A stretch of 64,000 nucleotides of DNA from Gemmatimonadales bacterium (GTDB lineage: Bacteria; Gemmatimonadota; Gemmatimonadetes; Gemmatimonadales; GWC2-71-9), in contig DASXUE010000021.1 in the NCBI GenBank assembly GCA_036505055.1, positions 42,467 to 106,466 of the forward strand. The letters run 5' to 3'. This document shows positions 10,849 to 18,963 of this stretch, in pieces. Within the stretch, counting starts at the first letter, position 1; every line of letters starts with the position of its first letter. The position numbers and the translations under genes are program-made. The notes beneath the pieces were generated by a model. It saw only the letters and a program-made list of their open reading frames with translations. It had not been told where the DNA came from and searched no databases.

Positions 10849-12915
10849 TCACTGAGGTCGACTCGTGACCACAAAAACGTCGAATGCCGGCCCCGTCACG
10901 AGCGGGGCGTTCGGGCTCCCACCGATCGGTGCCTCGGCCGTCACGCCGTTCGTCGGGACCTGTACCACCCCGCCGCCGTAGGTGCCGCTCGCCACCGGCG
11001 GACCGAAGGGCGTCTGCACGTTCCGGATCTCGTACGCGTACCCCGGGGTCACGACCCCGCTGAGATCGACGCCGACGCTCCCCTGTCCGCCCCAATTGTA
11101 AATCGCCACCGTGGCCCGGCCGGCCTCGTACAGATGGGGACGGATCACGACCTTGGTCGACGTCGGCGGCTGCGCAATGGCCTGGTCTCCGCTGGCGAGT
11201 CCCGTCGCCAGCTGCCACTGGGGGAACGTGTATTCCGGGATCAGGTAGCGCCATTCGGCCTGGGTCGGGTCGCGGTAATGGAGGTTTCCGCTCCAGGTGT
11301 GCCCGCTGGTGTTGGGATCCTGCAGGCGAATCATGTCGGCCGTCCCGATGAAGCTGTTGCCCAGAACCTGTAGGCCCGCCCAGAAGCCCACTTCCATGAT
11401 CTCGCTGCCACCCACGATGTAGTTGTTGCGCACGACGGCGTGGCCGTTGGGATATATCGAGAATGGCTGCCCCATGCGGACGTTCAACCCGCCGTGCCCG
11501 GGCGAAAAGTAGGTCAGGTTGTCCGCCACGAGATCGTTGTCCGCGACGCGCAGGCCCCCGAGCAGCAGGTTCGGGTTGTGGTAGTCCGACAACTCGCCGT
11601 TGTTGAACAGGATATTCCCGGTGATCAGGAGATTCCGCAGCGCGCCGTCCGATTCGGTGTAGGCGTGGATCCCGTGGCCGAACTGGTTGAAGATCACGTT
11701 GTCCCGGACCACCACGTCCCCGGGGCCGTCGTGCTTCACATAGATCCCGTGCCCGTCCGAACGGGTGCCGTTCTGATGGCCGCCGTTGAAGATGATCCAC
11801 CCGTAGATCTCGATATTGTGGGCGAAGTACGCGATGAAGGTCCCGTGGCCGGCGTCGTGCACGATCAGGCTGATCAGCTTGACGTTGCTGGCGTTGCGCA
11901 CGAAGACCCCGGTCGGCCGGAGCCCCAGCCCGGCGCCAATCCGGTCGGTCATCGAGTTCATAATCTCGAGCCCCCAGTACACCGCCCACGAGCCGTCGAC
12001 GTCGAACGTGCTGCCGCTGTTGCCGCCGTTGCCGTCGATGATCGCTCGCTCGCCCGGATAGGCCCGCACCACGATCGGCGCGGCGGCGGTCCCGGCCAGC
12101 GAGGTCGTAAACGACCCCTGGTACGTGCCGCCCCGGACCCAGACCGTGTCCCCGGGGTGTACGCGCCCGCCGGCGCCCGAGAGGGCCGTCTGGAGGTCCC
12201 AGGGGGCGCCCGCGCTTCCGTCGCCGGCGCCCGAGCCATTGGGCGCCACGTAGTGGCCGACAGGCAGGACCACGACCGTGGCCGCCACGCCGGCACCAGC
12301 AAAGGTGGCGACGATCTGCGTCCCGCCCGCGCCCTGCGCCGTGACGGTGGCCGTGCTGTCGCTCGTCGACTTCACGGCCGCGACGCCGGGGGCGAGCGTC
12401 GCCCAGACGACCGGTCCGGCGACGGGATCGCCCAGCTCGTCCCGTACCCGTGCCGTGAGCACGCCCGAGTCGGCGACGATCAGGGTATCCAGGACCGGCT
12501 CGATCGTGATCGTGACGCTGCCCAGCGCGACCTCGATAGCGACCTGGCCGGAGAGCGGTGTGAGCGTGATTTGGATGGTCGGGGTTGACCCAGCGTGGAC
12601 GTCGAGGACCGTCGTGCCGCGGTGGGTCTCGATACCCCCCGCGTCGTACGCGTGCATCGTGAGCGTCCGGTTCGAACCGGCCGGCAGCGCGACGCTGCCG
12701 ATGGCGAGCCCGTTCGTGACCGGGATGTTGAAGACGAGCGGCGCCGTGATGTCGGGGGCGGTGACCTGCACCACGACGAGCGCCACCGAGGTCGCCGACA
12801 CGTCGGCCCGCAGCACGAGGGTCACGGTGGGGGGGACGGAAGGTGGGCGCGTCAGGTCGCCCGGCGCGCAGGCCGCCAGCCCTAAACACAAGCCTAACAA
12901 CGCGGAACGCGACAT
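10849..12915 (-). CDS. lipoprotein: Ig-like + Big_2 N-terminal module fused to beta-helix module (paralog 3)
   Basis: ATG 12915 gives MSRSALLGLCLGLAAC (lipobox). The N-terminal ~190 aa are paralogous to the 13726-14403 product. The C-terminal ~470 aa are closely similar to the giant protein tail. Confidence 0.8.
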   Translation of the reverse strand: MSRSALLGLCLGLAACAPGDLTRPPSVPPTVTLVLRADVSATSVALVVVQVTAPDITAPLVFNIPVTNGLAIGSVALPAGSNRTLTMHAYDAGGIETHRGTTVLDVHAGSTPTIQITLTPLSGQVAIEVALGSVTITIEPVLDTLIVADSGVLTARVRDELGDPVAGPVVWATLAPGVAAVKSTSDSTATVTAQGAGGTQIVATFAGAGVAATVVVLPVGHYVAPNGSGAGDGSAGAPWDLQTALSGAGGRVHPGDTVWVRGGTYQGSFTTSLAGTAAAPIVVRAYPGERAIIDGNGGNSGSTFDVDGSWAVYWGLEIMNSMTDRIGAGLGLRPTGVFVRNASNVKLISLIVHDAGHGTFIAYFAHNIEIYGWIIFNGGHQNGTRSDGHGIYVKHDGPGDVVVRDNVIFNQFGHGIHAYTESDGALRNLLITGNILFNNGELSDYHNPNLLLGGLRVADNDLVADNLTYFSPGHGGLNVRMGQPFSIYPNGHAVVRNNYIVGGSEIMEVGFWAGLQVLGNSFIGTADMIRLQDPNTSGHTWSGNLHYRDPTQAEWRYLIPEYTFPQWQLATGLASGDQAIAQPPTSTKVVIRPHLYEAGRATVAIYNWGGQGSVGVDLSGVVTPGYAYEIRNVQTPFGPPVASGTYGGGVVQVPTNGVTAEAPIGGSPNAPLVTGPAFDVFVVTSRPQ

Positions 12916-13084
12916 CTCGTCCCACAGTCGCAAGAAGAGGGCCGTGCTTGTCTTGGGGGGCGAGTCGCAAGCTTCCACGGTTTTGTATCACCGGAGTTAC
13001 ATGGCCGCCCGGAGGAGTGCTCAAACTGCCCACAGACTGGCGGCGCCGGAACGGCAAGGTCCTTGCGCCTGTGTTCGAATTCCG

Positions 13085-13729
13085 ATGCCGCTCCACCGTG
13101 TGGTCGCCGCCGCCGTTGCGGCGCAGCTCGCCTTGGCAGGGTGCTCTGACGCTGGTGGTCCACCGGCGCCCGCCACCATTGTCGTCCATGCCTCCCTGGC
13201 GGGGACCTCCGTCACGACGGTGGTCGTCGAGGTCAGCGCCGCCGACATTCCCTCGCCCCTCGTCTTCAACCTCACGGTGGCGAACGGTGTCGCCAACGGC
13301 GTGCTCACCCTCCCCGCCGGCTCGAGCCGCACGATCGCCGTGCGCGCCTATGACGCCGGCGGCATCCAGACCCACACGGGCACGACGACGCTGGACGTGC
13401 AGCCCGGCGCCACGCTGACCTTGTCGCTGACGCTGACCGGCCTGGTCGGCGGCATCGACATCACGGTCACGCTGGGGCACCTCACCATCACCGTGTCGCC
13501 CCCCAGCGGATCCGTCGCCGCCGGAGGGACGTTCCCGCTCACCGCGACGATCGCCGACGAGCACGGAGCTCCAGTGGCGGCCTCGGTTGTGTGGGCGACG
13601 GCCAACCCGGCGATCGCCACCGTGGACGGTGCGGGTCTCGTGACGGGAGTGGCCGCCGGTCAGACGAACGTCGTCGCGACGTTCGGCGGCGCGGCGGGCC
13701 ACGCGGCGATCACCGTCACCGGCCCGTGA
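13085..13729 (+). CDS. lipoprotein with Ig-like + Big_2 domains
   Basis: ATG 13085 gives MPLHRVVAAAVAAQLALAGC (lipobox). Same two-domain layout as its neighbours. Only the downstream part of ORF 12278-13729 is credible. Confidence 0.7.
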   Translation: MPLHRVVAAAVAAQLALAGCSDAGGPPAPATIVVHASLAGTSVTTVVVEVSAADIPSPLVFNLTVANGVANGVLTLPAGSSRTIAVRAYDAGGIQTHTGTTTLDVQPGATLTLSLTLTGLVGGIDITVTLGHLTITVSPPSGSVAAGGTFPLTATIADEHGAPVAASVVWATANPAIATVDGAGLVTGVAAGQTNVVATFGGAAGHAAITVTGP

Positions 13730-14403
13730 TCCGGTGCGCCGGCGGGTGGCGGACGCTCGCCCGTCGCGGCAGCCTCGCCGCCTGTCTGTGGCTCGCCGCG
13801 TGCCTGCCCGGCGACCCCACGCGCCCTGAGCCGGTGGGCGTCACCCTCGTCGTCCGGGCTCAGGTGTCGGCCACATCCGTCGCGCTGGTCGTGGTCCAGG
13901 TCACCGCTCCCGACATCACTACGCCACTCGGCTTCAACATCCCCGTGACGAGCGGCCTCGCGGTGGGGAGCGTCACGCTTCCGGCGGGGTCGCATCGGAC
14001 GCTCACGATGCGCGCGTACGACGCCTCGAGTGTCGAGACCCACCGCGGCGCGACGATCGTCGACGTCCATGAAGGGACGAACCCGACCGTTCAGGTGACC
14101 CTGACGCCGCTCAGCGGGCAGATCCCCATCGAGGTGGAGCTGGGCAGCGTGACGGTGACGATCGTGCCGGTGGCGGACACGGTGGCCGTCGCCGACTCGG
14201 GCCTGCTCACGGCACGCGTGCGGGACGGGGTCGGCGCTCCGGTGCCCGGCCCCGTGAGTTGGGCGACGCTCGCTCCCAACATCGCGCTCGCCCGTGCGAC
14301 GAGCGACAGCACGGCGACGGTCACCGCGCGAGGCACCGGCACGACTCAGATCTTCGCGGCGTTTGGCGGGGTCGGCGCCACGGCCACGATCGTGGTGCCC
14401 TAG
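13726..14403 (+). CDS. lipoprotein with Ig-like + Big_2 domains (close paralog of the N-terminus of the 10849-12915 product)
   Basis: GTG 13726 overlaps the upstream TGA (GTGA). Lipobox ...LAACLWLAAC. About three quarters identical by eye to residues ~30-218 of the 10849-12915 product. Confidence 0.7.
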   Translation: MIRCAGGWRTLARRGSLAACLWLAACLPGDPTRPEPVGVTLVVRAQVSATSVALVVVQVTAPDITTPLGFNIPVTSGLAVGSVTLPAGSHRTLTMRAYDASSVETHRGATIVDVHEGTNPTVQVTLTPLSGQIPIEVELGSVTVTIVPVADTVAVADSGLLTARVRDGVGAPVPGPVSWATLAPNIALARATSDSTATVTARGTGTTQIFAAFGGVGATATIVVP

Positions 14404-14882
14404 CGCAGCAGCGTCTTCAGCGGCACGTCGCCGCTGCCGCGCAGCGCGACGCGCTTGTCGCCGAGCGGCGTGTCGAGCAGCACGGCGCCGGTGATCCCGT
14501 AGCGCAGCCCCTGGCGCGTGAGCAGCCCGCGCGCCGCCGCCCCCACCCCGGACCACTGAAACCGCACCGGCATCACGACCTGGCTGTGGTTCACCGGCGA
14601 GAGATCGAGCGGCTTGTCGATCAGCGCGTCACCGAAGTGGGTGCCCTCGAGGTCGAGGCCGACCTCGAGACGGGTGCTGCGAATGCGGTAGTCGTTCGGG
14701 TTGTACACGTCGAACACGAGGTCGAGCGTGCCGCCGGTGAGGCTCATCCCCGTGACGTTGATCTGTTTCAGCTGAATTTGCGGCTCCTCGAACTTGAGGA
14801 CGGCGCGGAGGGTGGCACAACCGGACGCCACGAGACAAGACGCCAAGACGCCAACGAGCACGGCGTGGCGTCTTGGCGTCAT
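14400..14882 (-). CDS. LEA_2/WHy-like lipoprotein
   Basis: ATG 14882 gives [22 protein letters not shown]. The body (INVTGMSLTGGTLDLVFDVYNPN...) resembles LEA type-2/NDR1-like domains. ATGA overlap with the rarA stop. Confidence 0.65.
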   Translation of the reverse strand: MTPRRHAVLVGVLASCLVASGCATLRAVLKFEEPQIQLKQINVTGMSLTGGTLDLVFDVYNPNDYRIRSTRLEVGLDLEGTHFGDALIDKPLDLSPVNHSQVVMPVRFQWSGVGAAARGLLTRQGLRYGITGAVLLDTPLGDKRVALRGSGDVPLKTLLR

Positions 14883-14888
14883 GGCGTC
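14837..14888. repeat. inverted pair of (GGCGTCTT)n octamer arrays forming a 14-bp perfect hairpin
   Basis: 14839-14852 (gacgccaagacgcc) is the reverse complement of 14867-14880 (ggcgtcttggcgtc). The loop is 14 nt. Confidence 0.85.
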
Positions 14889-16198
14889 GCCTTTTTCTTG
14901 AGATCCTCCCACCACTCTATCCTCTCTTTCACGGTCTTCTCGTACCCAAACTCCGTCGGCTCGTACCATTTCACCCCCCGCAGCGTGTCCGGCAGGTATT
15001 CCTGTGGCGCGTACGCATTGTCGTGTGCGTGCGCGTACTTGTACCCCGCCCCGTAGCCCAGGTCTTTCATCAAGGGTGTCGGCGCATTGCGCACATGGAG
15101 CGGCACGGCGTCGGCGGGGTGGTCACGGGCCGCGTCCATCGCCCGCCCGAACGCTTCATACACGCGGTTCGATTTCGGCGCCGTGGCCAGATAGACGGCG
15201 GCTTCCGCCAGCGCCAATTCCCCCTCGGGCGAGCCCAGGAAGTGGTAGGCATCCTTGGCCGCCAAGGCGACCGAGAGGGCCCGCGGGTCCGCGAGCCCCA
15301 CATCCTCGGCGGCGATGCGCACCAGCCGGCGCGCGAGGTACAGGGGGTCCTCGCCTCCCGCCAGCATCCGGGCGAGCCAGTACAGCGACCCCTCGACGTC
15401 GCTGCCACGCACCGCCTTGTGGAGCGCGGAAATCAGATTGAAGTGGGATTCACCCGACTTGTCGTAGACAGGAAGGGGCTTCTCGAGGACCTGCAGCACG
15501 ACGTCGCGGGATACGGGATGCGGGATGCGGGATGCGTGAATGTGTTTGAGCACCGCTTCCAGCGTATTGAGACCGCGTCGGGCGTCACCTTGAGCGTGAC
15601 TGACGAGCAGCTCGACTCCTTCGGGGCTCACGCATCCCGCATCCCCCATCCCGCATCCCGCCTGCTCCAGCGCTCTCCGGATCACCGTCCGGATGTGCTC
15701 GTCCGTCAGCGGCTCGAGCACGAACACCCTGCACCGTGAGAGCAGGGCGCCCGTCAGCTCGAAGCTCGGGTTCTCGGTGGTCGCGCCGATCAGGGTGATG
15801 ATACCGTTTTCGACCCAGGGGAGAAACGCGTCTTGCTGCCCGCGGTTGAACCGGTGAATCTCGTCGCAGAAGAGGATCGTCCCCTGGCCGTTGTACTTGA
15901 GGCGCTCTTCGGCCTCTTTGATGATCTCGCGCACCCGGCCCACCCCTTCGGTCACGGCGGAGAAGGGCTCGAAGTGACGCTCGGTGTAATTGGCGATGAT
16001 CCGCGCCAGCGTCGTTTTCCCCGACCCGGGCGGCCCCCAGAAAATGCACGACCCCACGTCGCCGCGGCGGATCAAGTCGCCCAGCGCTTTCCCAGGACCA
16101 AGGAGGTGCTCCTGCCCGAGGAACTGCTCGAGGTTGCGAGGCCGCATGCGCGCGGCGAGGGGCTCGGTGGAGCCTTGGAAGAGCGTGGGTTCAGACAT
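14879..16198 (-). CDS. rarA: replication-associated recombination protein A (AAA+ ATPase)
   Basis: ATG 16198 (MSEPTLFQG...). Walker [10 protein letters not shown], Walker [10 protein letters not shown], and the [23 protein letters not shown] and YWLARML motifs. Confidence 0.9.
   Translation of the reverse strand: MSEPTLFQGSTEPLAARMRPRNLEQFLGQEHLLGPGKALGDLIRRGDVGSCIFWGPPGSGKTTLARIIANYTERHFEPFSAVTEGVGRVREIIKEAEERLKYNGQGTILFCDEIHRFNRGQQDAFLPWVENGIITLIGATTENPSFELTGALLSRCRVFVLEPLTDEHIRTVIRRALEQAGCGMGDAGCVSPEGVELLVSHAQGDARRGLNTLEAVLKHIHASRIPHPVSRDVVLQVLEKPLPVYDKSGESHFNLISALHKAVRGSDVEGSLYWLARMLAGGEDPLYLARRLVRIAAEDVGLADPRALSVALAAKDAYHFLGSPEGELALAEAAVYLATAPKSNRVYEAFGRAMDAARDHPADAVPLHVRNAPTPLMKDLGYGAGYKYAHAHDNAYAPQEYLPDTLRGVKWYEPTEFGYEKTVKERIEWWEDLKKKATP
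15506..15661. repeat. inverted pair of (GCGGGAT)n heptamer arrays inside rarA
   Basis: Arm 15506-15536 is gcgggat acgggat gcgggat gcgggat gcg. Arm 15631-15661 is cgc atcccgc atccccc atcccgc atcccgc. The spacer is 94 nt. Confidence 0.9.
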
Positions 16199-16199
16199 G

Positions 16200-16691
16200 T
16201 CGGGATGCGGGATGCGGGATGCGGGGTGCGTGCAAACCGCACCAGCACGCGGCGAATTGATGGTGAGCAACGTGCTGCCGGAGCTTACCTTCTCGAACGT
16301 GAGCAAGCTCAATCGCCTGGATGCTTGGCGCACAGCCCAAGAACTCGCCTACCAGTCTCATCTCCTGACCCTCGCTCCTCAGTTGAGCCGGCATTTCGCT
16401 CTCATTGATCAGATTCGTCGGGCCGCACTCTCTGTTCCTGCGAACATCGCGGAGGGCTACGCCCTGGGGACGACACCGCAGTTCCTTCGTGGTCTCAAGA
16501 TTGCGCTTGGATCTAACACGGAGCTCTACAGCCATCTGACCGTGCTCGCCAGACTTGATCTCGTCCCATCGCCGGACGTGCGCCTGGTGCTTGATTTGTG
16601 TAATCGAGTAATTGCGATGACCATCGGTCTCATTCGCAAGCTGAGTCTTCGCCCATCGTAACGCATCCCGCATCCCGCATCTCGCATCCCG
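16200..16691 (+). mobile_element. IVS-like/miniature cassette: four-helix-bundle gene bounded by ~30-bp inverted heptamer arrays
   Basis: Arms at 16200-16230 and 16662-16691 are reverse complements. The cargo is on the opposite strand to its neighbours and is visibly more AT-rich. The unit fills the gap between the ZIP stop and the rarA start exactly. Confidence 0.5.
16260..16661 (+). CDS. four-helix-bundle protein (23S rRNA-IVS protein / Avd-like family)
   Basis: ATG 16260, 133 aa. Family hallmarks ...QIRRAALSVPANIAEGY... and ...IALGSNTELYSHL.... The upstream part of ORF 15990-16661 is antisense to rarA and was rejected. Confidence 0.8.
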   Translation: MVSNVLPELTFSNVSKLNRLDAWRTAQELAYQSHLLTLAPQLSRHFALIDQIRRAALSVPANIAEGYALGTTPQFLRGLKIALGSNTELYSHLTVLARLDLVPSPDVRLVLDLCNRVIAMTIGLIRKLSLRPS

Positions 16692-17411
16692 TCAAGACAC
16701 AGAGTCCAGAATTGCCTTCGTTACGAAGAACACCACCGCACCCGCAAAGAAGACGGTAGGAAGTTTCCAGCCGGCCTTCCCTTGAAACTCGGGCACCAGG
16801 TTCGACGCCGCGACGTAGAGCGTCACGCCGGCGGACAGCGCGAGGCCGTGCCGCACGAGGAAGCCCACGTGATCGGTCAGCAGCACCCCGAGGAGCGTCG
16901 CCGCTCCCAGGAGCCCGGCCGCGCCGACGCCCTGCCCGCCCGAGCGCCCCCCGGCCACGATCAGACTCGAGATCATGACCCCTTCCGGCAGCTTGTGCAG
17001 GAAGATCGCCACGAACACCATCACGCCGAGCTCGGGGCGCACCAGAAACGCGCTCGCGATCGCCACGCCATCGAAGAAGGTATGGAGCAGCAACCCGACC
17101 AGCGCCGACGTGCCGGCAATCCGCGTCACCGCGTGCGTCTCCTCACCGAAGTGGAAGTGCGGCGTGACGGTGTGTTGCGTGAGATGCACGGCCAGGTAGC
17201 CGGCGAGCACGAGGGCGGGCGCGAACGGACCACTCCGGCTCAGGGCCGCGGGGAGGATCTCGACGATCGCGACGGCGAGCATGAACCCGGCCCCGAACGC
17301 GACGAAGTGCTCGATGAGCTTGAGGCTGCCGGCGGCGCGGCGCGTGACCGCGAGGCCGCCGATGACGTTGCCGAGCGCCGCGACCAGCGCGTACACCAGG
17401 GCGTTAGACAC
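16692..17411 (-). CDS. ZIP family metal transporter
   Basis: HKLPEG signature, HTFFDG motif and multiple TM segments. Putative GTG 17411 overlaps the upstream TAA. The start is uncertain. Confidence 0.8.
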   Translation of the reverse strand: MSNALVYALVAALGNVIGGLAVTRRAAGSLKLIEHFVAFGAGFMLAVAIVEILPAALSRSGPFAPALVLAGYLAVHLTQHTVTPHFHFGEETHAVTRIAGTSALVGLLLHTFFDGVAIASAFLVRPELGVMVFVAIFLHKLPEGVMISSLIVAGGRSGGQGVGAAGLLGAATLLGVLLTDHVGFLVRHGLALSAGVTLYVAASNLVPEFQGKAGWKLPTVFFAGAVVFFVTKAILDSVS

Positions 17412-17655
17412 GGGAGAGGAGGTACGCCTTGGTGTTGCGCGCAGGGTCCTCGAGGACCTCGGCGAGCAGGCGCCGCAGCATCTCGCCGACGTCCGGCCCG
17501 GGCCGCACACCGGCGGCGATCAGGTCCTCGCCCTTCACCGCCAAATCCTTCAGCGTGAGGGGCGGATTCGCCGCCCGAACCGCCGTGACCGCTTTCCGGA
17601 CGGGTTCCGGCCCCAGCACGAGCAGGTCGTCCGCGTACTCCCCGACCTGCGACAA
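17404..17655 (-). CDS. cca: C-terminal domain of the CCA-adding enzyme, in frame immediately after an internal TGA
   Basis: Same frame as 17656-18567. ...LAVKGEDLIAAGVRPGPDVGEMLRRLLAEVLEDPARNT... matches the typical CCA/PcnB-family C-terminal tail. There is no SD of its own. Confidence 0.5.
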   Translation of the reverse strand: MSQVGEYADDLLVLGPEPVRKAVTAVRAANPPLTLKDLAVKGEDLIAAGVRPGPDVGEMLRRLLAEVLEDPARNTKAYLLSRV

Positions 17656-18567
17656 TCAGCGTCGAACCGCCGCCCCATCCTTCGGATCGGGATATTTGTC
17701 CCGCCACGCCCCGATCGCGCGGCCGCGCTCGATCTCCTTGTTGGAGCTCTTCAGCCGCGTGAGCAGCGACGCGGGATCCTTCGCGAGGTAGGCCGTAATC
17801 AACACGGGATCGCGCGGCAGCTTGTCGACGTGCGGGCCATCGCCCAGCTCCGGCAACCAGATCCTGGCGGCGCCCACATCCCGCCAGAGAGCGACGAGGC
17901 GCGACACCTTCTTGGCAGTCTCGATCCCCTTGAACCACTCGTCGCGCACCCGCTCGGCGGACAGCTGGGCGAGCCCCTGCGCGTTGGCCTTGGCGGCCTC
18001 GAGCGTGCGGGCTTGAATGCGGAACTCGAACCGCGCGCTGAAGCGCAACGCCCGCAAGATCCGCAGGTAGTCCTCCTGGAAGCGCCAGTTCGGATCGCCG
18101 ACGGCGCGGATCAGCTTTCGGCCCAGATCCTCCTCGCCCTTGAACGGGTCGCGCCACTCGTGCTTCAGCGGGTGATAGGCGATCGCGTTGATCGTGAAGT
18201 CGCGGCGCGCCAGGTCGTCCATGAGCGAGACGCCGAACTCGACCACCGCGTGGCGGCCGTCGGTCTTGATGTCCTTCCGGAACGTGGTCACCTCGTGCAT
18301 GCGGTTGTCCTTATCGAGGACTCCGACCGTCCCGTGCTCGATGCCGACCGGGACCGTGCGCTTGAACAACGTGCGCACGACATCGGGCGGCGCCGCCGTG
18401 GTGAGGTCGATCTCGGCTTTCGGGAGGTTGTGCGCCGGGCTGCTCAGGCCGAGGAGCGCGTCTCGGATCCAGCCGCCGACGCACCACGTTTCGTAGCCGG
18501 CCTCCTCGAGCGTCTTGGCAATCTTGAGAGCCTCGGGGGGGACCGGCAGCCGCTCGGGAAACGCCAT
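17656..18567 (-). CDS. cca: CCA tRNA nucleotidyltransferase (head/neck/body), terminated by in-frame TGA
   Basis: ATG 18567 (MAFPERLPVPPEALKIAK...). The WCVGGWIRDALLG, DLTT and RDFTINA motifs are those of class II nucleotidyltransferases. Confidence 0.85.
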   Translation of the reverse strand: MAFPERLPVPPEALKIAKTLEEAGYETWCVGGWIRDALLGLSSPAHNLPKAEIDLTTAAPPDVVRTLFKRTVPVGIEHGTVGVLDKDNRMHEVTTFRKDIKTDGRHAVVEFGVSLMDDLARRDFTINAIAYHPLKHEWRDPFKGEEDLGRKLIRAVGDPNWRFQEDYLRILRALRFSARFEFRIQARTLEAAKANAQGLAQLSAERVRDEWFKGIETAKKVSRLVALWRDVGAARIWLPELGDGPHVDKLPRDPVLITAYLAKDPASLLTRLKSSNKEIERGRAIGAWRDKYPDPKDGAAVRR

Positions 18568-18578
18568 CGCGCGTCCCG

Positions 18579-18956
18579 TCAACCCTCGAGAATGACGGTG
18601 GCGGCGGCGATCCCGGGCTGATGCGACAGACTCACGTGGATGCGCCGCACGCCGCGCTCCTCGGCCCGTGCCGCGGCGGGACCGGTGAGCCGCAGCTCCG
18701 GCTGGCCGCCGTTCGCGCGCACGACTTCCACGTGCAGGAACGACATCCCGTAGCCGAAGCCGATGCCCAGCGCCTTGAAGCACGCCTCCTTGGCGGCGAA
18801 GCGCGCGGCAAAGGCCTGGGCCGCGTCGACCCGCCCGCTGCAGGCGCGGCGCTCCGCCTCGGTGAACACGCGCTCCGCGAACCGGGCCCCGTGTCCCGCC
18901 AGCAGACGCTCGATCTGCGCGGTCTCCACGACGTCGAGGCCGACGCCGACGATCAC
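18579..18956 (-). CDS. acpS: holo-[acyl-carrier-protein] synthase
   Basis: MIVGVGLDVVE..., FAAKEACFKALG, 125 aa. Confidence 0.9.
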   Translation of the reverse strand: MIVGVGLDVVETAQIERLLAGHGARFAERVFTEAERRACSGRVDAAQAFAARFAAKEACFKALGIGFGYGMSFLHVEVVRANGGQPELRLTGPAAARAEERGVRRIHVSLSHQPGIAAATVILEG

Positions 18957-18963
18957 GGCGCCC

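Noticed and set aside
10760-13702. A 980-aa minus-strand ORF spanning two genes and an intergenic region.
   Set aside because: It is a shadow frame with Arg/Gly-rich nonsense sequence. It conflicts with the well-supported lipoprotein genes 10849-12915 (minus) and 13085-13729 (plus).
14400-14403. Convergent genes sharing a palindromic CTAG, giving overlapping stop codons on both strands.
   Set aside because: This is a curiosity of tight packing and carries no functional implication by itself.
17656-17658. Selenocysteine decoding of the in-frame TGA in cca.
   Set aside because: The position is a non-catalytic linker and no Sec-containing CCA enzymes are known to me. The hairpin is only generically SECIS-like. 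It is kept as one of several alternatives in the finding, not as a call.
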